Assembly: GCA_019695115.1 (NCBI GenBank)
Contig: JAIBAP010000017.1
Coordinates: 8,416 to 72,415 of the forward strand
DNA length: 64,000 nt
Reading direction: 5' to 3'
Source of the DNA: Caldilineales bacterium
GTDB taxonomy: Bacteria > Chloroflexota > Anaerolineae > J102
The position numbers and the translations under genes are program-made. Positions 1 to 9,658 of this stretch are shown in pieces. The notes under the pieces were generated by a model. The model was not told where the DNA came from. It searched no databases and saw only the letters and a program-made list of their open reading frames with translations. The stretch's first letter is position 1, and every line of letters starts with the position of its first letter.

Positions 1-144
1 TGCCACAACTGCGCCGTCTCGCCCGACGAGACCATCGCCGCCGCCTGCCAACGCCTGAACGTGAACGAGGCGGCCCTGCTGTCGGCCTTGCGCAATGGCA
101 GCCCCGAACCCCTCCGTCTGGCCAACGTCGAGCTTCAGTTCTGA
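1..144 (+). CDS. 3' end of an unidentified gene (partial; window starts inside it)
   Basis: Open frame 1 from the window edge to TGA at 142-144 (…NGSPEPLRLANVELQF*). No recognisable motif. Confidence 0.3.
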   Translation, partial: CHNCAVSPDETIAAACQRLNVNEAALLSALRNGSPEPLRLANVELQF

Positions 145-151
145 CCCCACG

Positions 152-505
152 ATGTACCCCAAAGCCGAGATCCTCTTTCCTGCCCCCCTCATCTCGCGGG
201 TGCGCGACCTCAAAGGCCCCCTGTGGGCGGCGCTGGTTGACCGGGCCGCCTCTCTGCCCGAGACGCACATCGACAGTCTCGCCTTCTGCCTGCTGATGAT
301 GCGGTTGGATGGCTGTCTGAAATGCTATAGCGGCAGCTACAAATTCATGCGCGGGTGCGAAGCCTGCGCCCTGCAGAGTGTGATGCAGTTCAAGGGCAGC
401 GAGGACGAGATGATGAAGATGTACACCCAGGCGCAGCAGGACGTGCGCGACTATCTGGCCGGTAAGGGCGCGCCCGCCGACGGCAACACCCCGGCCACAC
501 CATGA
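152..505 (+). CDS. Hypothetical small protein with two CxxC pairs (possible zinc ribbon)
   Basis: Track ORF 95..505. ATG at 152 (MYPKAEILF…) sits just after the upstream stop. CLKC and CEAC pairs. Stop overlaps the next start (ATGA). Confidence 0.4.
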   Translation: MYPKAEILFPAPLISRVRDLKGPLWAALVDRAASLPETHIDSLAFCLLMMRLDGCLKCYSGSYKFMRGCEACALQSVMQFKGSEDEMMKMYTQAQQDVRDYLAGKGAPADGNTPATP

Positions 506-1845
506 TGGCCGGGCCATCGGCGCCAGCAGATCAGCCCTCCCCCGGTCTGAGCAGGCGCATCGCCGTCATCGGCGCCGGGCCGGCCGGCCTGGTCGCCGCC
601 TATGACCTGGCCCAGGCCGGCCAGCGGGTCGTGATCTACGAAGCGGCGCCGCAGGTGGGAGGCCTGGCGGCCGGGTTCAAGGCCGCCCACTGGGACTGGA
701 CGCTGGAAAAATACTACCATCACTGGTTCCAGGGCGACCGCCACATGCTGGGGTTGATCGAGGAGTTGGGGTGGAGCGACCAGGTCATCTTCCCCCGCCC
801 GCTCACCGTCGTCTTCTTCGATGGCAAATTCCAGCCGCTCGACTCCATCCCCGCCGCCGCCCGCTTCACCTTGCAGCATTTCTCGCTCGTCGATTTCGTG
901 CGTTTTGGCTGCGTCGGCCTCTACTTGAAGCTGACCCCGCGCTGGCAGACGCTGGAACACTCGACAGCCGACGCCTGGATGCGCAAATGGGTGGGGCCGA
1001 AGGTGTACGAAGCCCTGTGGAAGCCACTGCTGATCGGCAAATTCGGCGAAGAAAACCTGGATGTGGTCAACATGGCCTGGCTGTGGGCGCGCATCAAAGC
1101 CCGCACCACCCGCCTGGGCACGTTCAATGGTGGCTTCCAGGTCTTCATGGACAAGTTCGCCGCTCGCCTCTGTCACCTGGGCGTAGACATCCGCCTGCAG
1201 ACGCCGGTCACGCTCGTCCGCCGCACCCAGGCCGGTTTGCAAGTCGAGGCCGGAGCCAGCGAAACCTTCGACGCCGTCATCTCCACCAGTTCGCCCGCCT
1301 TCATGGCCCGGCTGGCGCCCGACCTGCCCGCCGAATACAGCGCCAGCCTGCGCGACCTGCGTTCGATGGGTGCGGTCGTGCTCATCCTGGCCCTCGACCG
1401 GCAACTCACGCCCTTCTACTGGCACAACCTGCCCAAAGAGGCCGGCTTCCCCTATCTGGCGCTGGTCGAGCACACCAACTTCGTCGGCCCTGAGCACTTC
1501 GGCGGCGACCACATCATCTACCTCGGCGATTATCTGCCGCCCGAACACGAGCACTTTCGCCTGAGCAAAGAAGAACTGCTCGACCGCTTCCTGCCCTCGC
1601 TCAGCCGTTTCAACCCCGACTTCGACCGCAGTTGGCTGAAAGACGCCTGGCTGTGGAAAACCACCTACGCCCAACCCATCCCGCCTGTCGATCACTCCCG
1701 CCACATCCCGCCCCTGCGCACCCCTGTCCCCGGCCTCTACTTCGCCAGCATGAGCCAGGTCTACCCCTGGGATCGCGGCACCAACTTCGCCATCGAGATC
1801 GGTCGCAAAGCGGCGGCGCTGGCCCTGGAAGACTTCAAAACATAA
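502..1845 (+). CDS. FAD-dependent oxidoreductase (amine oxidase / protoporphyrinogen-oxidase-like fold)
   Basis: N-terminal dinucleotide-binding motif [15 protein letters not shown]…E. Length 447 aa, typical of the amine-oxidase/PPO superfamily. Confidence 0.75.
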   Translation: MMAGPSAPADQPSPGLSRRIAVIGAGPAGLVAAYDLAQAGQRVVIYEAAPQVGGLAAGFKAAHWDWTLEKYYHHWFQGDRHMLGLIEELGWSDQVIFPRPLTVVFFDGKFQPLDSIPAAARFTLQHFSLVDFVRFGCVGLYLKLTPRWQTLEHSTADAWMRKWVGPKVYEALWKPLLIGKFGEENLDVVNMAWLWARIKARTTRLGTFNGGFQVFMDKFAARLCHLGVDIRLQTPVTLVRRTQAGLQVEAGASETFDAVISTSSPAFMARLAPDLPAEYSASLRDLRSMGAVVLILALDRQLTPFYWHNLPKEAGFPYLALVEHTNFVGPEHFGGDHIIYLGDYLPPEHEHFRLSKEELLDRFLPSLSRFNPDFDRSWLKDAWLWKTTYAQPIPPVDHSRHIPPLRTPVPGLYFASMSQVYPWDRGTNFAIEIGRKAAALALEDFKT

Positions 1846-1880
1846 CCCACCCCCTGTCCCGTCTCGCTCCCCCGCCCCCC

Positions 1881-1913
1881 GGAACACGCAATACGGAACA
1901 CGCACCACGCACC
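1881..1913. repeat. GGAACAC-family short tandem repeat (intergenic)
   Basis: ggaacacgcaatacggaacacgcaccacgcacc between two + genes. Confidence 0.6.
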
Positions 1914-1928
1914 CCCTCCCTCACACCC

Positions 1929-3002
1929 ATGCCCACCCAACCCACCCGCGACGCCATCATGGCGGCTTTGAGCCATGTCCAGGAACCGGAACTGCACCGC
2001 GACCTGGTTTCCCTCAACATGATCCAGGACTTGCAGATCAGCAACGGCAACGTCGGCCTGACCGTTGTCCTCACCACACCCGCCTGCCCGCTCAAGGGCC
2101 AGATCGAAAGCGATGTGCGCAACGCCGTCATGAAAGTGGCGGGCGTGCAGCAGGTCAACGTCCGCTTCGATGCCAACGTGCGGGCCGACAACCGCATCAC
2201 CGGCCGCCTCAATCTACCCATCCGCAACATCATCGCCGTCGCCAGCGGCAAGGGCGGGGTGGGCAAGACGACCGTCTCAGTCAACCTGGCCGTAGCCCTG
2301 GCCCAGATGGGCGCCCAGGTCGGGCTGCTCGACGCCGACATCTATGGCCCCAACGTGCCGCAGATGCTGGGCGTGTCGAACATGCCCAATCCGCAGGATG
2401 GCAAGCTGGTGCCGGCGCGGGCCTATGGGCTGCAACTGATGTCGATGGGCTTCATGATCCAGCCCGACCAGGCCGTGATCTGGCGCGGGCCGATGCTGCA
2501 TTCAGCTATCCGCCAGCTGTTCACCGATGTGGCCTGGGCCGAGGTGGACTACATGGTGGTGGATCTGCCGCCCGGCACTGGCGATGCCCAGCTCACCCTG
2601 GCCCAGTCGGTGCCCCTCACCGGTGGCGTCATCGTTTCCACCCCGCAGGATGTGGCTTTGTCCGACGCCCGTCGCGGGCTGAACGCCTTCCGCCAGTTGC
2701 AGGTGCCAGTGCTGGGGATGATCGAGAACATGTCCTATTTCATTGCCCCCGATAGCGGCCAGCGCTACGAAATCTTCGGCTATGGCGGGGCCGAGCGCGC
2801 CGCCAGGGAATTGGGCGTGCCTTTCCTCGGCCGGCTACCGCTGGACCCCCGCGCCCGCGAGGGCGGCGACCGCGGCAAACCGATCGTCGCCACCTACCCC
2901 GATTCCGAGATCGCCCAGGCCTTCCGCGACATCGCCAGGCAGCTTGCCGCCCAGGTCAGCGTCCTCAGCTTCCGGCCGGACCCAGAACTGAAGATCATCT
3001 GA
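1929..3002 (+). CDS. apbC: Mrp/ApbC/NBP35-family Fe-S cluster carrier ATPase
   Basis: N-terminal DUF59-like segment, deviant Walker [15 protein letters not shown], and conserved CxxC region of Mrp/ApbC. Start re-placed at ATG 1929 (MPTQPTRD); the 5' extension of track ORF 1632..3002 runs through intergenic repeats. Confidence 0.9.
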   Translation: MPTQPTRDAIMAALSHVQEPELHRDLVSLNMIQDLQISNGNVGLTVVLTTPACPLKGQIESDVRNAVMKVAGVQQVNVRFDANVRADNRITGRLNLPIRNIIAVASGKGGVGKTTVSVNLAVALAQMGAQVGLLDADIYGPNVPQMLGVSNMPNPQDGKLVPARAYGLQLMSMGFMIQPDQAVIWRGPMLHSAIRQLFTDVAWAEVDYMVVDLPPGTGDAQLTLAQSVPLTGGVIVSTPQDVALSDARRGLNAFRQLQVPVLGMIENMSYFIAPDSGQRYEIFGYGGAERAARELGVPFLGRLPLDPRAREGGDRGKPIVATYPDSEIAQAFRDIARQLAAQVSVLSFRPDPELKII

Positions 3003-3003
3003 A

Positions 3004-3091
3004 CCGGGGAACGTGTTGCGTCGTGCGTATTGTGTAACTCACAAGCCAGAACCACACGGAACCCGGAACCCGGAACCCGGAACACGGAACA
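3004..3091. repeat. Palindromic GTGTTCC / GGAACCC heptamer array
   Basis: ggaacgtgttgcgtcgtgcgt … acggaacccggaacccggaacccggaacacggaaca. Left arm is the reverse complement of the right arm family. Confidence 0.65.
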
Positions 3092-3099
3092 TGCAAACA

Positions 3100-3878
3100 T
3101 GCCCCCCACCATCACCATCGACGGCCTGCACAAATCCTACCCCGGCCAGAAACGCCCGGCCCTACAGCCCTTCTGGGCGCAGGTAAATGGGGGGGAGATG
3201 GTGGTGGTGGTGGGGCCGAACGGCGCCGGCAAGACGACGCTGTTCAAACTCCTGGCCACGTTGGTGCAGCCTGACGGCGGCCGGGCATGGGTGGCCGGGT
3301 GCGATCTGAAGCAAAGCCTGGCTGTACGCCGGCAGATCGGCCTGCTCAGCGACCCCGACCGCAGCTTCTTCTGGCGGCTGAACGCCCGCCAGAATCTGGA
3401 ATTCTTCGGCAGCGCCTATGGTCTGGCGGGCAAGGCGGCGGTCGGGCGCATCGATGAGGTGCTGGGATTGCTGGAACTGGGTGATGCGGCCGGGCAACCG
3501 GTGGGGCAGCTTTCCAGCGGGCAGCGCGGTCGGCTGGCCCTGGCGCGGGCGCTCTTGCACCATCCCGCCGTCCTCCTGCTGGATGAACCCACCCGCAGCC
3601 TGGACCCGACCGCCGCCGCCCATTTCCTCGACCTGCTTCACCGCTATCTGGCCGAGACGCCCACCGCCAGCATCCTGCTCTCGACCCATCGGCTGGATGC
3701 GGTGGCGCCCGCCTGCCGGCGGCTGTGGATCCTGGCCGGGGGCTGCCTGCGCGGGGATGGCGCCCCGGCCGAGCTGCTGGCCCAGGCTGGGTTGAGCGTC
3801 GGCGGCTCGGCCCAGGACGATCTCAGCCGTCTCTATGCCCACTACACCGGCCTCGCCGCCCCGGCCGATGCAGACTGA
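3100..3878 (+). CDS. ABC transporter ATP-binding protein
   Basis: Walker A GPNGAGKTT, ABC signature LSSGQRGRLALA, Walker B LLLDEP. Start at ATG 3100 (MPPTITIDGL). Confidence 0.85.
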
Positions 3879-4680
3879 ACTGGCCGTTCTGGCCGCCAGT
3901 TTTCGCCGCGACTGGCGCATCGCCCGCAGCTACCGCCTGGCCTTTGTGCTGCGGCTAGTGGGCACGGTCTTTCAGGTGGTAGTGTTCTTCTTCATCAGCC
4001 AACTGGTGGGGGTGGCGCAGCATCCGGCGCTGGCGGCCTACGGCGGCAACTATTTCGCCTATGTCCTCATCGGCCTGGCCTTTCAGCGTTTCTTCAACCT
4101 CAGCCTGGCCGGCTATGCCAGCGCCCTGACCGAAGCGCAACAGACGGGCACGCTCGAAGCCCAGGCCGTGCTGCCGGTCTCGTTGCCCTGGCTGGCCGCA
4201 GGCAGCAACCTCTGGCCCTACCTGTACGCGACCGCCGAGACCATCCTCTATCTGCTTTTGGGCGTCGTTTTGGGCGCGCCGCTGGCCGGGGCGAATTTGT
4301 GGGGGGCGGCGCTGGTCACAGTGCTGGCCTCTCTGGCCATCAGCGGGCCGGGTCTGATGGGCGCGGCGCTCATCCTGCTGTATAAGCGCGGGAATGCAGT
4401 GGCCTGGGGCGTCGAAGCGGCGGCGGCGCTGCTGAGCGGCGTCTTCTTCCCGCCCGAACTGCTGCCCGCGCCCCTGGCCCGGCTTTCCGTCCTCCTGCCC
4501 CAGACCCATGCCCTGGAAGGATTGCGCGCCGCCCTGTTGGAGGCCGCCCCCACCGCTGATCTCTGGCCGCAACTGGCCGCCCTGACCCTGTTCAGCCTCG
4601 TCCTGCTCCCGGCCGGCGTCCTGGCCCTGAATCTGAGCTATCGCCGGGCGCAGATCAAGGGGAGCCTGGCGCAATACTGA
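3868..4680 (+). CDS. ABC-2 family transporter permease
   Basis: Multi-TM hydrophobic protein translationally coupled to the ATPase (ATG 3868 overlaps the upstream stop). Typical ABC-2 exporter pairing. Confidence 0.7.
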   Translation: MQTELAVLAASFRRDWRIARSYRLAFVLRLVGTVFQVVVFFFISQLVGVAQHPALAAYGGNYFAYVLIGLAFQRFFNLSLAGYASALTEAQQTGTLEAQAVLPVSLPWLAAGSNLWPYLYATAETILYLLLGVVLGAPLAGANLWGAALVTVLASLAISGPGLMGAALILLYKRGNAVAWGVEAAAALLSGVFFPPELLPAPLARLSVLLPQTHALEGLRAALLEAAPTADLWPQLAALTLFSLVLLPAGVLALNLSYRRAQIKGSLAQY

Positions 4681-4784
4681 GAGCGGCATCCGGTTTTGGC
4701 CTTGCAAGTAGGCGCTTATTGCGCAGACCCCTTGGGTAAACATCGGCATTCAGATCGCTTTGGGAACAAACTCAGCAAAGGGTA

Positions 4785-4840
4785 TTGACACAGAAAACGT
4801 TTTCTCTTAGAATAGCGCCACCGAGAAAACGTTTTCTGTG
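4785..4840 (+). promoter_or_regulatory. Sigma70-like promoter (TTGACA-17-TAGAAT) with two LacI-type palindromic operators AGAAAACGTTTTCT
   Basis: TTGACA 4785-4790, TAGAAT 4808-4813. Perfect 14-bp palindromes at 4792-4805 (inside the spacer) and 4824-4837 (just downstream). They sit immediately 5' of the LacI-family gene. Confidence 0.6.
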
Positions 4841-4867
4841 CCTGCTGACGATCCATAAAGAGGAAAC

Positions 4868-5947
4868 ATGTCGGCCAAACTTGAGGATATTGCTAGAGAG
4901 ACCGGCTTTTCAATTGCCACTGTCTCGCGGGTCTTGTCCAATAGCAACTACCCGGTCTCGGAGCAGATCCGCGAGAAGGTGCTTCTTGTCGCGGCAGCAA
5001 TGGGCTATGAGCCCAATATCGCTGCTCGCAGCCTGCGCACAGACCGCACGAATACCATCGGCATCATCGTCGATGATTTTCTCAGCCCATTTACGCCTCC
5101 CATTGTCCGTGGCATCCAGGATTACCTGCACGAGAATGGGTTCCTGAGCCTGATCGTCAATTCTGATTGGGATCCCGACCAGGAGCAAGCAGCGATCAAG
5201 ACACTGCTCAGCCGGCCTGTGGATGGCATCATCTTCGTCGAGTACTCGCATCGGGCTACCAGCGACGTGCTGGAACAGTCGAACAAGCCGCGCGTCTTCG
5301 TTCACCGTTTGTTCGGCTCGCCGATAATGAATTCCGTGGTGCCAGATGATTATTACGGCGCCGGATTGGCGACCCTTCATCTCATGAGCCTGGGTCATCG
5401 TCGTATTGGCTATATCAATGGTCCAGAAAACTGGCATACGTGTCGTGCGCGTTTGCGTGGTTACTGCGACGCCCTGGCTGGCGAGAACCTGCCCTTCGAC
5501 CAGGCGTTGGTGCAGCCTGGTGATTGGGAGATTGAAAGCGGATACGAGGCTGCCAATAACCTGTTGAAACGGGGCGAGCGGCCAACGGCCATCTTTGCCG
5601 CCAATGATTTGATGGCGTTGGGCGCCATTTATGCCGTTCAGGACGCCGGCCTGAGCATTCCCGGAGATATGGCGGTGGTTGGCTACGATAACCGGAACTT
5701 TACGAAGATCTTCCGGCCCGGGATGACGACTGTGAGTATGCCCATTATCAGCATGGGCAGAGTGGCAGCCGAATTGTTACTGAAGCATGTGGCCGAGGGG
5801 CGCCGGGAGGAAGAAGAAATAAAAGTCAAAGGCCAATTGATCATCCGCGAAACCTGCGGCGCCCCTGAAACCAGCCGAACCAAGGAAGAGCCAGGCTCGC
5901 AAACACTCTTCAGGCGGGTGCTGCTCAACAAACAACCCGAAGAATAA
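4868..5947 (+). CDS. LacI-family transcriptional regulator
   Basis: N-terminal HTH ATVSRVLSN. Periplasmic-binding-fold sugar domain. RBS AGGAAAC before the ATG. Confidence 0.9.
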   Translation: MSAKLEDIARETGFSIATVSRVLSNSNYPVSEQIREKVLLVAAAMGYEPNIAARSLRTDRTNTIGIIVDDFLSPFTPPIVRGIQDYLHENGFLSLIVNSDWDPDQEQAAIKTLLSRPVDGIIFVEYSHRATSDVLEQSNKPRVFVHRLFGSPIMNSVVPDDYYGAGLATLHLMSLGHRRIGYINGPENWHTCRARLRGYCDALAGENLPFDQALVQPGDWEIESGYEAANNLLKRGERPTAIFAANDLMALGAIYAVQDAGLSIPGDMAVVGYDNRNFTKIFRPGMTTVSMPIISMGRVAAELLLKHVAEGRREEEEIKVKGQLIIRETCGAPETSRTKEEPGSQTLFRRVLLNKQPEE

Positions 5948-6133
5948 TCCTCTCTAGCCCATAGGCGCCGGCGTTTGCACGGCTTGAAGTTTGCGGCGCC
6001 TGGCTGATTGTCCAGAGCTAATCATTTTCAAGGAGGTGAAAGATGATCCATCTGTAGATTTTTGCTCTACGAACCAGCCGTAATGATTCAATGACTTCAG
6101 CGTAACTTCCATTGCTGGTATCTGTTCACGTGC

Positions 6134-6258
6134 TGTCATTGCGAGCGGAGTCCGGCATGGTTTTCGCCGGACGAAGCGAAGCAATCCCCCAATCGCATGA
6201 GAAAGTTGGGGATTGCTTACTTCGCTTCACTCAGTACCCTACGGCCTCGCAATGACCG
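6134..6258. repeat. Nested inverted-repeat element (MITE-like or structured RNA) in a lower-GC intergenic gap
   Basis: Outer IR gtcattgcgag / ctcgcaatgac. Inner IR ccggcatggttttcgccgg. Long IR gaagcgaagcaatcccccaa / ttggggattgcttacttcgcttc. Confidence 0.4.
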
Positions 6259-6306
6259 ACAAGGTGAACTCTTACCATTGCTGATTCACCAAGAAGGAGA
6301 GAGAAC

Positions 6307-7644
6307 ATGTCTCAGAATACAACGCTTTCACGCCGTGAGTTCATCAAGCTGGCAGGGTTGGTTGCAGCGGGCGCCTCCCTGGCGGCATGCGGTGTGCCAG
6401 CTGCGTCGCCGCCCGCCACACAGGCGCCGGCTGCCGCCGCGACGATGGCGCCCGCCGTTGTCAAAGGAGGGAAGGTTCGCGTCGCGGTGGGCGGTTGGGC
6501 CGAGCAGAACATCAAGGACTTGCTCGCCGTGACCGACTTCACCAAGAAGACAGGCATCGAGGTTGAGATCGTGCTCAGGACGGACACGAAGGAAACCGAG
6601 CTGGCGCGCCTGGCCAGCGCCGTCCAAGCCGGCGACACCCCCTACGATATCCTCGACTTCGAAGACGAACTGGCCACCACGCTTTCCAAAGCCGGTTACA
6701 TGCTGCCTGTGAATGACCTCATCTCGCAAGAAGTGTGGGCTGACCTTTCGCCGTCGATGAAGGCCTACACCGACGTCTGGAGCACCTACAATGGCGAAGT
6801 CATCCGCATGATCCACAACTGGGAGATGCCCTACTGGTGGTATCGGAAAGATTGGTTCGACGCCAAAGGCGTCGCCGTTCCTACTACCTGGGACGAGGTC
6901 AAAAAGATGGGCGCCGCCTTCACCGACGAAGCAGCCGGCAAATGGGCGTCGGTAGATGGCCTGATCAAGGGCGCCTTCCTCAACGTCTACCTGGCCTGGG
7001 TCACCCTCCAGGCTGGCGGCAACCCCTTCGACGTTGGCCCCGAATACCAGCAGGCCCTCGAATACATCTATGACCTGATGTACACCAGCAAGGCGCTCAA
7101 CCCGGCTTCGTTGCAGAAGGACTACAATCAGCAGAACGCGGACTACATCGCCGACAAAGTAGCCTTCATGCGACAATGGCCCTTCTTTGGCGATGTGGCG
7201 CGCAGCGACGACAACAAGGCCTGGTTCAGCGATGACAAGGTCGCCATCGCCCTCCCGCCGGTCGGGCCGGGCGGGAAAGGAGGCTCGACCTACGCCGCCG
7301 GCTGGGGTTGGGGCATCGTCAAGAATTCACCCAACCTGGAACCAGCAAAGGAATTGTTCAAGTTCCTGATCTCCAACGAAACCTCGGCCGAAGCCGTCAA
7401 GGTTGGCTTCTGGTTCCTCAGCGCTCGCAAATCCGTCCTGGCAGCCGCGCCGGCAGACAGCTGGCTGGTGCAGGCCCTCAACACTTACACCAATGCGAAT
7501 GTGATCGGCGTACGCCCCTTCCATCCGCAATTCGTGGAAGCGCTCACCATCCTCGAAGACACAGCGGCGGCATATCTGACCAAGCAGATCAGCCTCGAAG
7601 CGTCGATGAAGCAAGCCAAGGACCAGTTGGCAACGCTCGGCTAG
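6307..7644 (+). CDS. Sugar ABC transporter substrate-binding protein (family-1 SBP, Tat/lipoprotein signal)
   Basis: SRREFIKLAGLVAAGASLAAC twin-arginine-like signal with a lipobox Cys. About 445 aa, SBP family-1 size and composition. Confidence 0.85.
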   Translation: MSQNTTLSRREFIKLAGLVAAGASLAACGVPAASPPATQAPAAAATMAPAVVKGGKVRVAVGGWAEQNIKDLLAVTDFTKKTGIEVEIVLRTDTKETELARLASAVQAGDTPYDILDFEDELATTLSKAGYMLPVNDLISQEVWADLSPSMKAYTDVWSTYNGEVIRMIHNWEMPYWWYRKDWFDAKGVAVPTTWDEVKKMGAAFTDEAAGKWASVDGLIKGAFLNVYLAWVTLQAGGNPFDVGPEYQQALEYIYDLMYTSKALNPASLQKDYNQQNADYIADKVAFMRQWPFFGDVARSDDNKAWFSDDKVAIALPPVGPGGKGGSTYAAGWGWGIVKNSPNLEPAKELFKFLISNETSAEAVKVGFWFLSARKSVLAAAPADSWLVQALNTYTNANVIGVRPFHPQFVEALTILEDTAAAYLTKQISLEASMKQAKDQLATLG

Positions 7645-7769
7645 GCAAGTGCGCCGGTGTCTTCTCCTCCTTTTCACCTGGATGCGGGCTGCGCGCCCCA
7701 TCCAGGTGACATCGTGTATTTGCGGCGACCCGACCCGGCCTAACCTGGGCGGACGCCAAACTAAGATGG

Positions 7770-8726
7770 TTGGAAAGAAACACTATGACAGAAGCAGTGA
7801 ATCGTCCCCAGAGGACGGCTACTTCGGCCCCAGCGCGGGTTGCGATCTCCAAAGCTGCCCGTCGGCGTTATCTGCTCTTCATCGTGCTCGTAGCGCCGGC
7901 GTTTTTGTTGCGGCTCCTCACAGCAGCCTACCCCATCCTGCAAACCATCTACCTGGGCTTCACCAATCTCTCCGTCCTCAAAGGGACCAATGCGTTTGTT
8001 GGCCTGGACAACTACCGGGCCATGGGCAATAACATTGGGGTGCAGGGTGCAACCGCGTTCACGATTGTTTTCATCCTCGCCACTACCCTTCTGGATTTGG
8101 TCATTGGCATGATGATCGCTCTGCTGCTCAACGCCACCTTCCGTGGCCTGGGTTTTGCGCGCACGATCAATCTGATCCCGTGGGCCATTCCTACGATTGT
8201 GGCCGGCTACGCCTTTCGCTGGCTGCTGGATGACCAGTTTGGCCTTCTGCCTGTCTGGACGACGCAACTCACCGGGCTGCACCCGGTCATCTTCATCAAT
8301 CCCTTATCCTCACAGATCGCTGTGATCCTGGTGCATGCCTGGAAGGATGCACCCTTCATGGCCATTATCCTGTTAGCCGGTATGCAAGGCATTCCCGAAG
8401 ACCTTTACGATGCCGCCAGGGTGGACGGGGCGAGCGCCTGGCAACGTTTTCGTCGTCTGACGCTGCCATTAATCATGCCACTGACCATCACCATGGGCTT
8501 GTTCAGATTGGTATGGTCGCTGGGAAGTTTCGACCTGGTATACGGTCTCACCTTTGGCGGGCCGGGTGTCTCCACCTCTGTGTTGGCTCTCCAGGTCTTC
8601 CGCGAAGGCATCCTCTTTTTCAAGTTCGGTTTTGCCTCGGCGATCAGCGTCATCCTCTTGCTTCTGGTGGCCATCATCGGCGTCATCGGCCTGTGGCTGT
8701 TCCGCAAGGCTGAAGTTACCTTTTGA
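7770..8726 (+). CDS. Sugar ABC transporter permease (MalF-like)
   Basis: Six-TM permease with the EAA-like loop (…DAARVDGAS…) of binding-protein-dependent transporters. Confidence 0.85.
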   Translation: MERNTMTEAVNRPQRTATSAPARVAISKAARRRYLLFIVLVAPAFLLRLLTAAYPILQTIYLGFTNLSVLKGTNAFVGLDNYRAMGNNIGVQGATAFTIVFILATTLLDLVIGMMIALLLNATFRGLGFARTINLIPWAIPTIVAGYAFRWLLDDQFGLLPVWTTQLTGLHPVIFINPLSSQIAVILVHAWKDAPFMAIILLAGMQGIPEDLYDAARVDGASAWQRFRRLTLPLIMPLTITMGLFRLVWSLGSFDLVYGLTFGGPGVSTSVLALQVFREGILFFKFGFASAISVILLLLVAIIGVIGLWLFRKAEVTF

Positions 8727-8735
8727 GACTGGAGC

Positions 8736-9605
8736 TTGCGCATGACGACAAATAGGCTGCTTGCAAACATCCATTGGCGTCAAAAACTGAGGTCTGGCCC
8801 TGTCTACCTGGCGTTCATCGTGTTCACGATCGTGGTTTTGCTGCCGATCTACTGGATGACACGATCGGCTTTTTCCACTTCTACGGACTTGTACAAAGTT
8901 CCACTGGTCTATTTCCCCCACCTGACAGTCAAGAACTTCGCCACCCTGCTAGAACAGGTGCCGTTCGCCCTTTATCTCCGCAACTCACTCTTGTTTGCGC
9001 TCTCGACCACACTCTTGACGTTGCTGGTCAGCTATCTGGCGGCGTATGCCTTTGCCCGCATTCGCTTTCCGGGCAGCGGCCTGCTGATGTGGATTCTAGT
9101 GCTCTCGATGGCTTTGCCTGATATTGGCACCATCGTTCCACTCTACCGGATTTTGAAGACGCTGCACCTATCGGATAGCATCGCCGGCATCACCCTGGTG
9201 CTAACCAGCGCCCTGACACCCTTCACGGTTTGGGTGTTGGTTTCCTTCATCCGGCAAGTGCCCTATGAGATCGAAGAAGCCGCCACCCTCGATGGCGCTT
9301 CGCTTCCGCAGGTTCTCTGGCGCATCCTCCTCCCGGTCACCGTGCCGGGTTTGGTCACCATGGGGCTGATCAACTTTGTGAATGCCTGGAATAATCTTTT
9401 GTATCCGCTTTCCTTCACAACCTCTCCCGCCGCCAAGACCCTGAGCGTCGCCATCACCGAAATCTACGCCGGCTATTCGCCTTGGGGCAAACCCTGGGAA
9501 TTGATCATGGCCGTGGGCGTGACCATGACCATCCCTATCGTCATCCTAGTTCTGTTCACACAGCGCTCGATTGTTCGCGGTCTGACGGGCGGAGCGGTCA
9601 AGTAG
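8736..9605 (+). CDS. Sugar ABC transporter permease (MalG-like)
   Basis: Second permease, EAA loop EEAATLDGAS. Directly follows permease 1. Confidence 0.85.
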   Translation: MRMTTNRLLANIHWRQKLRSGPVYLAFIVFTIVVLLPIYWMTRSAFSTSTDLYKVPLVYFPHLTVKNFATLLEQVPFALYLRNSLLFALSTTLLTLLVSYLAAYAFARIRFPGSGLLMWILVLSMALPDIGTIVPLYRILKTLHLSDSIAGITLVLTSALTPFTVWVLVSFIRQVPYEIEEAATLDGASLPQVLWRILLPVTVPGLVTMGLINFVNAWNNLLYPLSFTTSPAAKTLSVAITEIYAGYSPWGKPWELIMAVGVTMTIPIVILVLFTQRSIVRGLTGGAVK

Positions 9606-9658
9606 TTTCATGGTTGGCTGCAAGTATTCCACAGCCGTCATCACAGAGGAGACCCATC

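Noticed and set aside
451-1908. 485-aa minus-strand ORF, and many other long alternate-frame/antisense ORFs (for example 771..1493, 1835..2341, 3162..3920, 3955..4749, 6328..7176, 11790..12686, 12690..13991, 20779..22566, 26236..27882, 43825..44556, 44680..45729, 59547..60881)
   Set aside because: They overlap well-supported genes on the other strand or frame, have Arg/Ala/Gly/Pro-skewed low-complexity translations typical of stop-poor high-GC DNA, and carry no motifs.
9482-9658. N-terminal extension of the GH127 ORF
   Set aside because: It overlaps the 3' end of the preceding permease gene in another frame and is Arg/His-rich junk. ATG at 9659 gives a clean start right after the permease stop.
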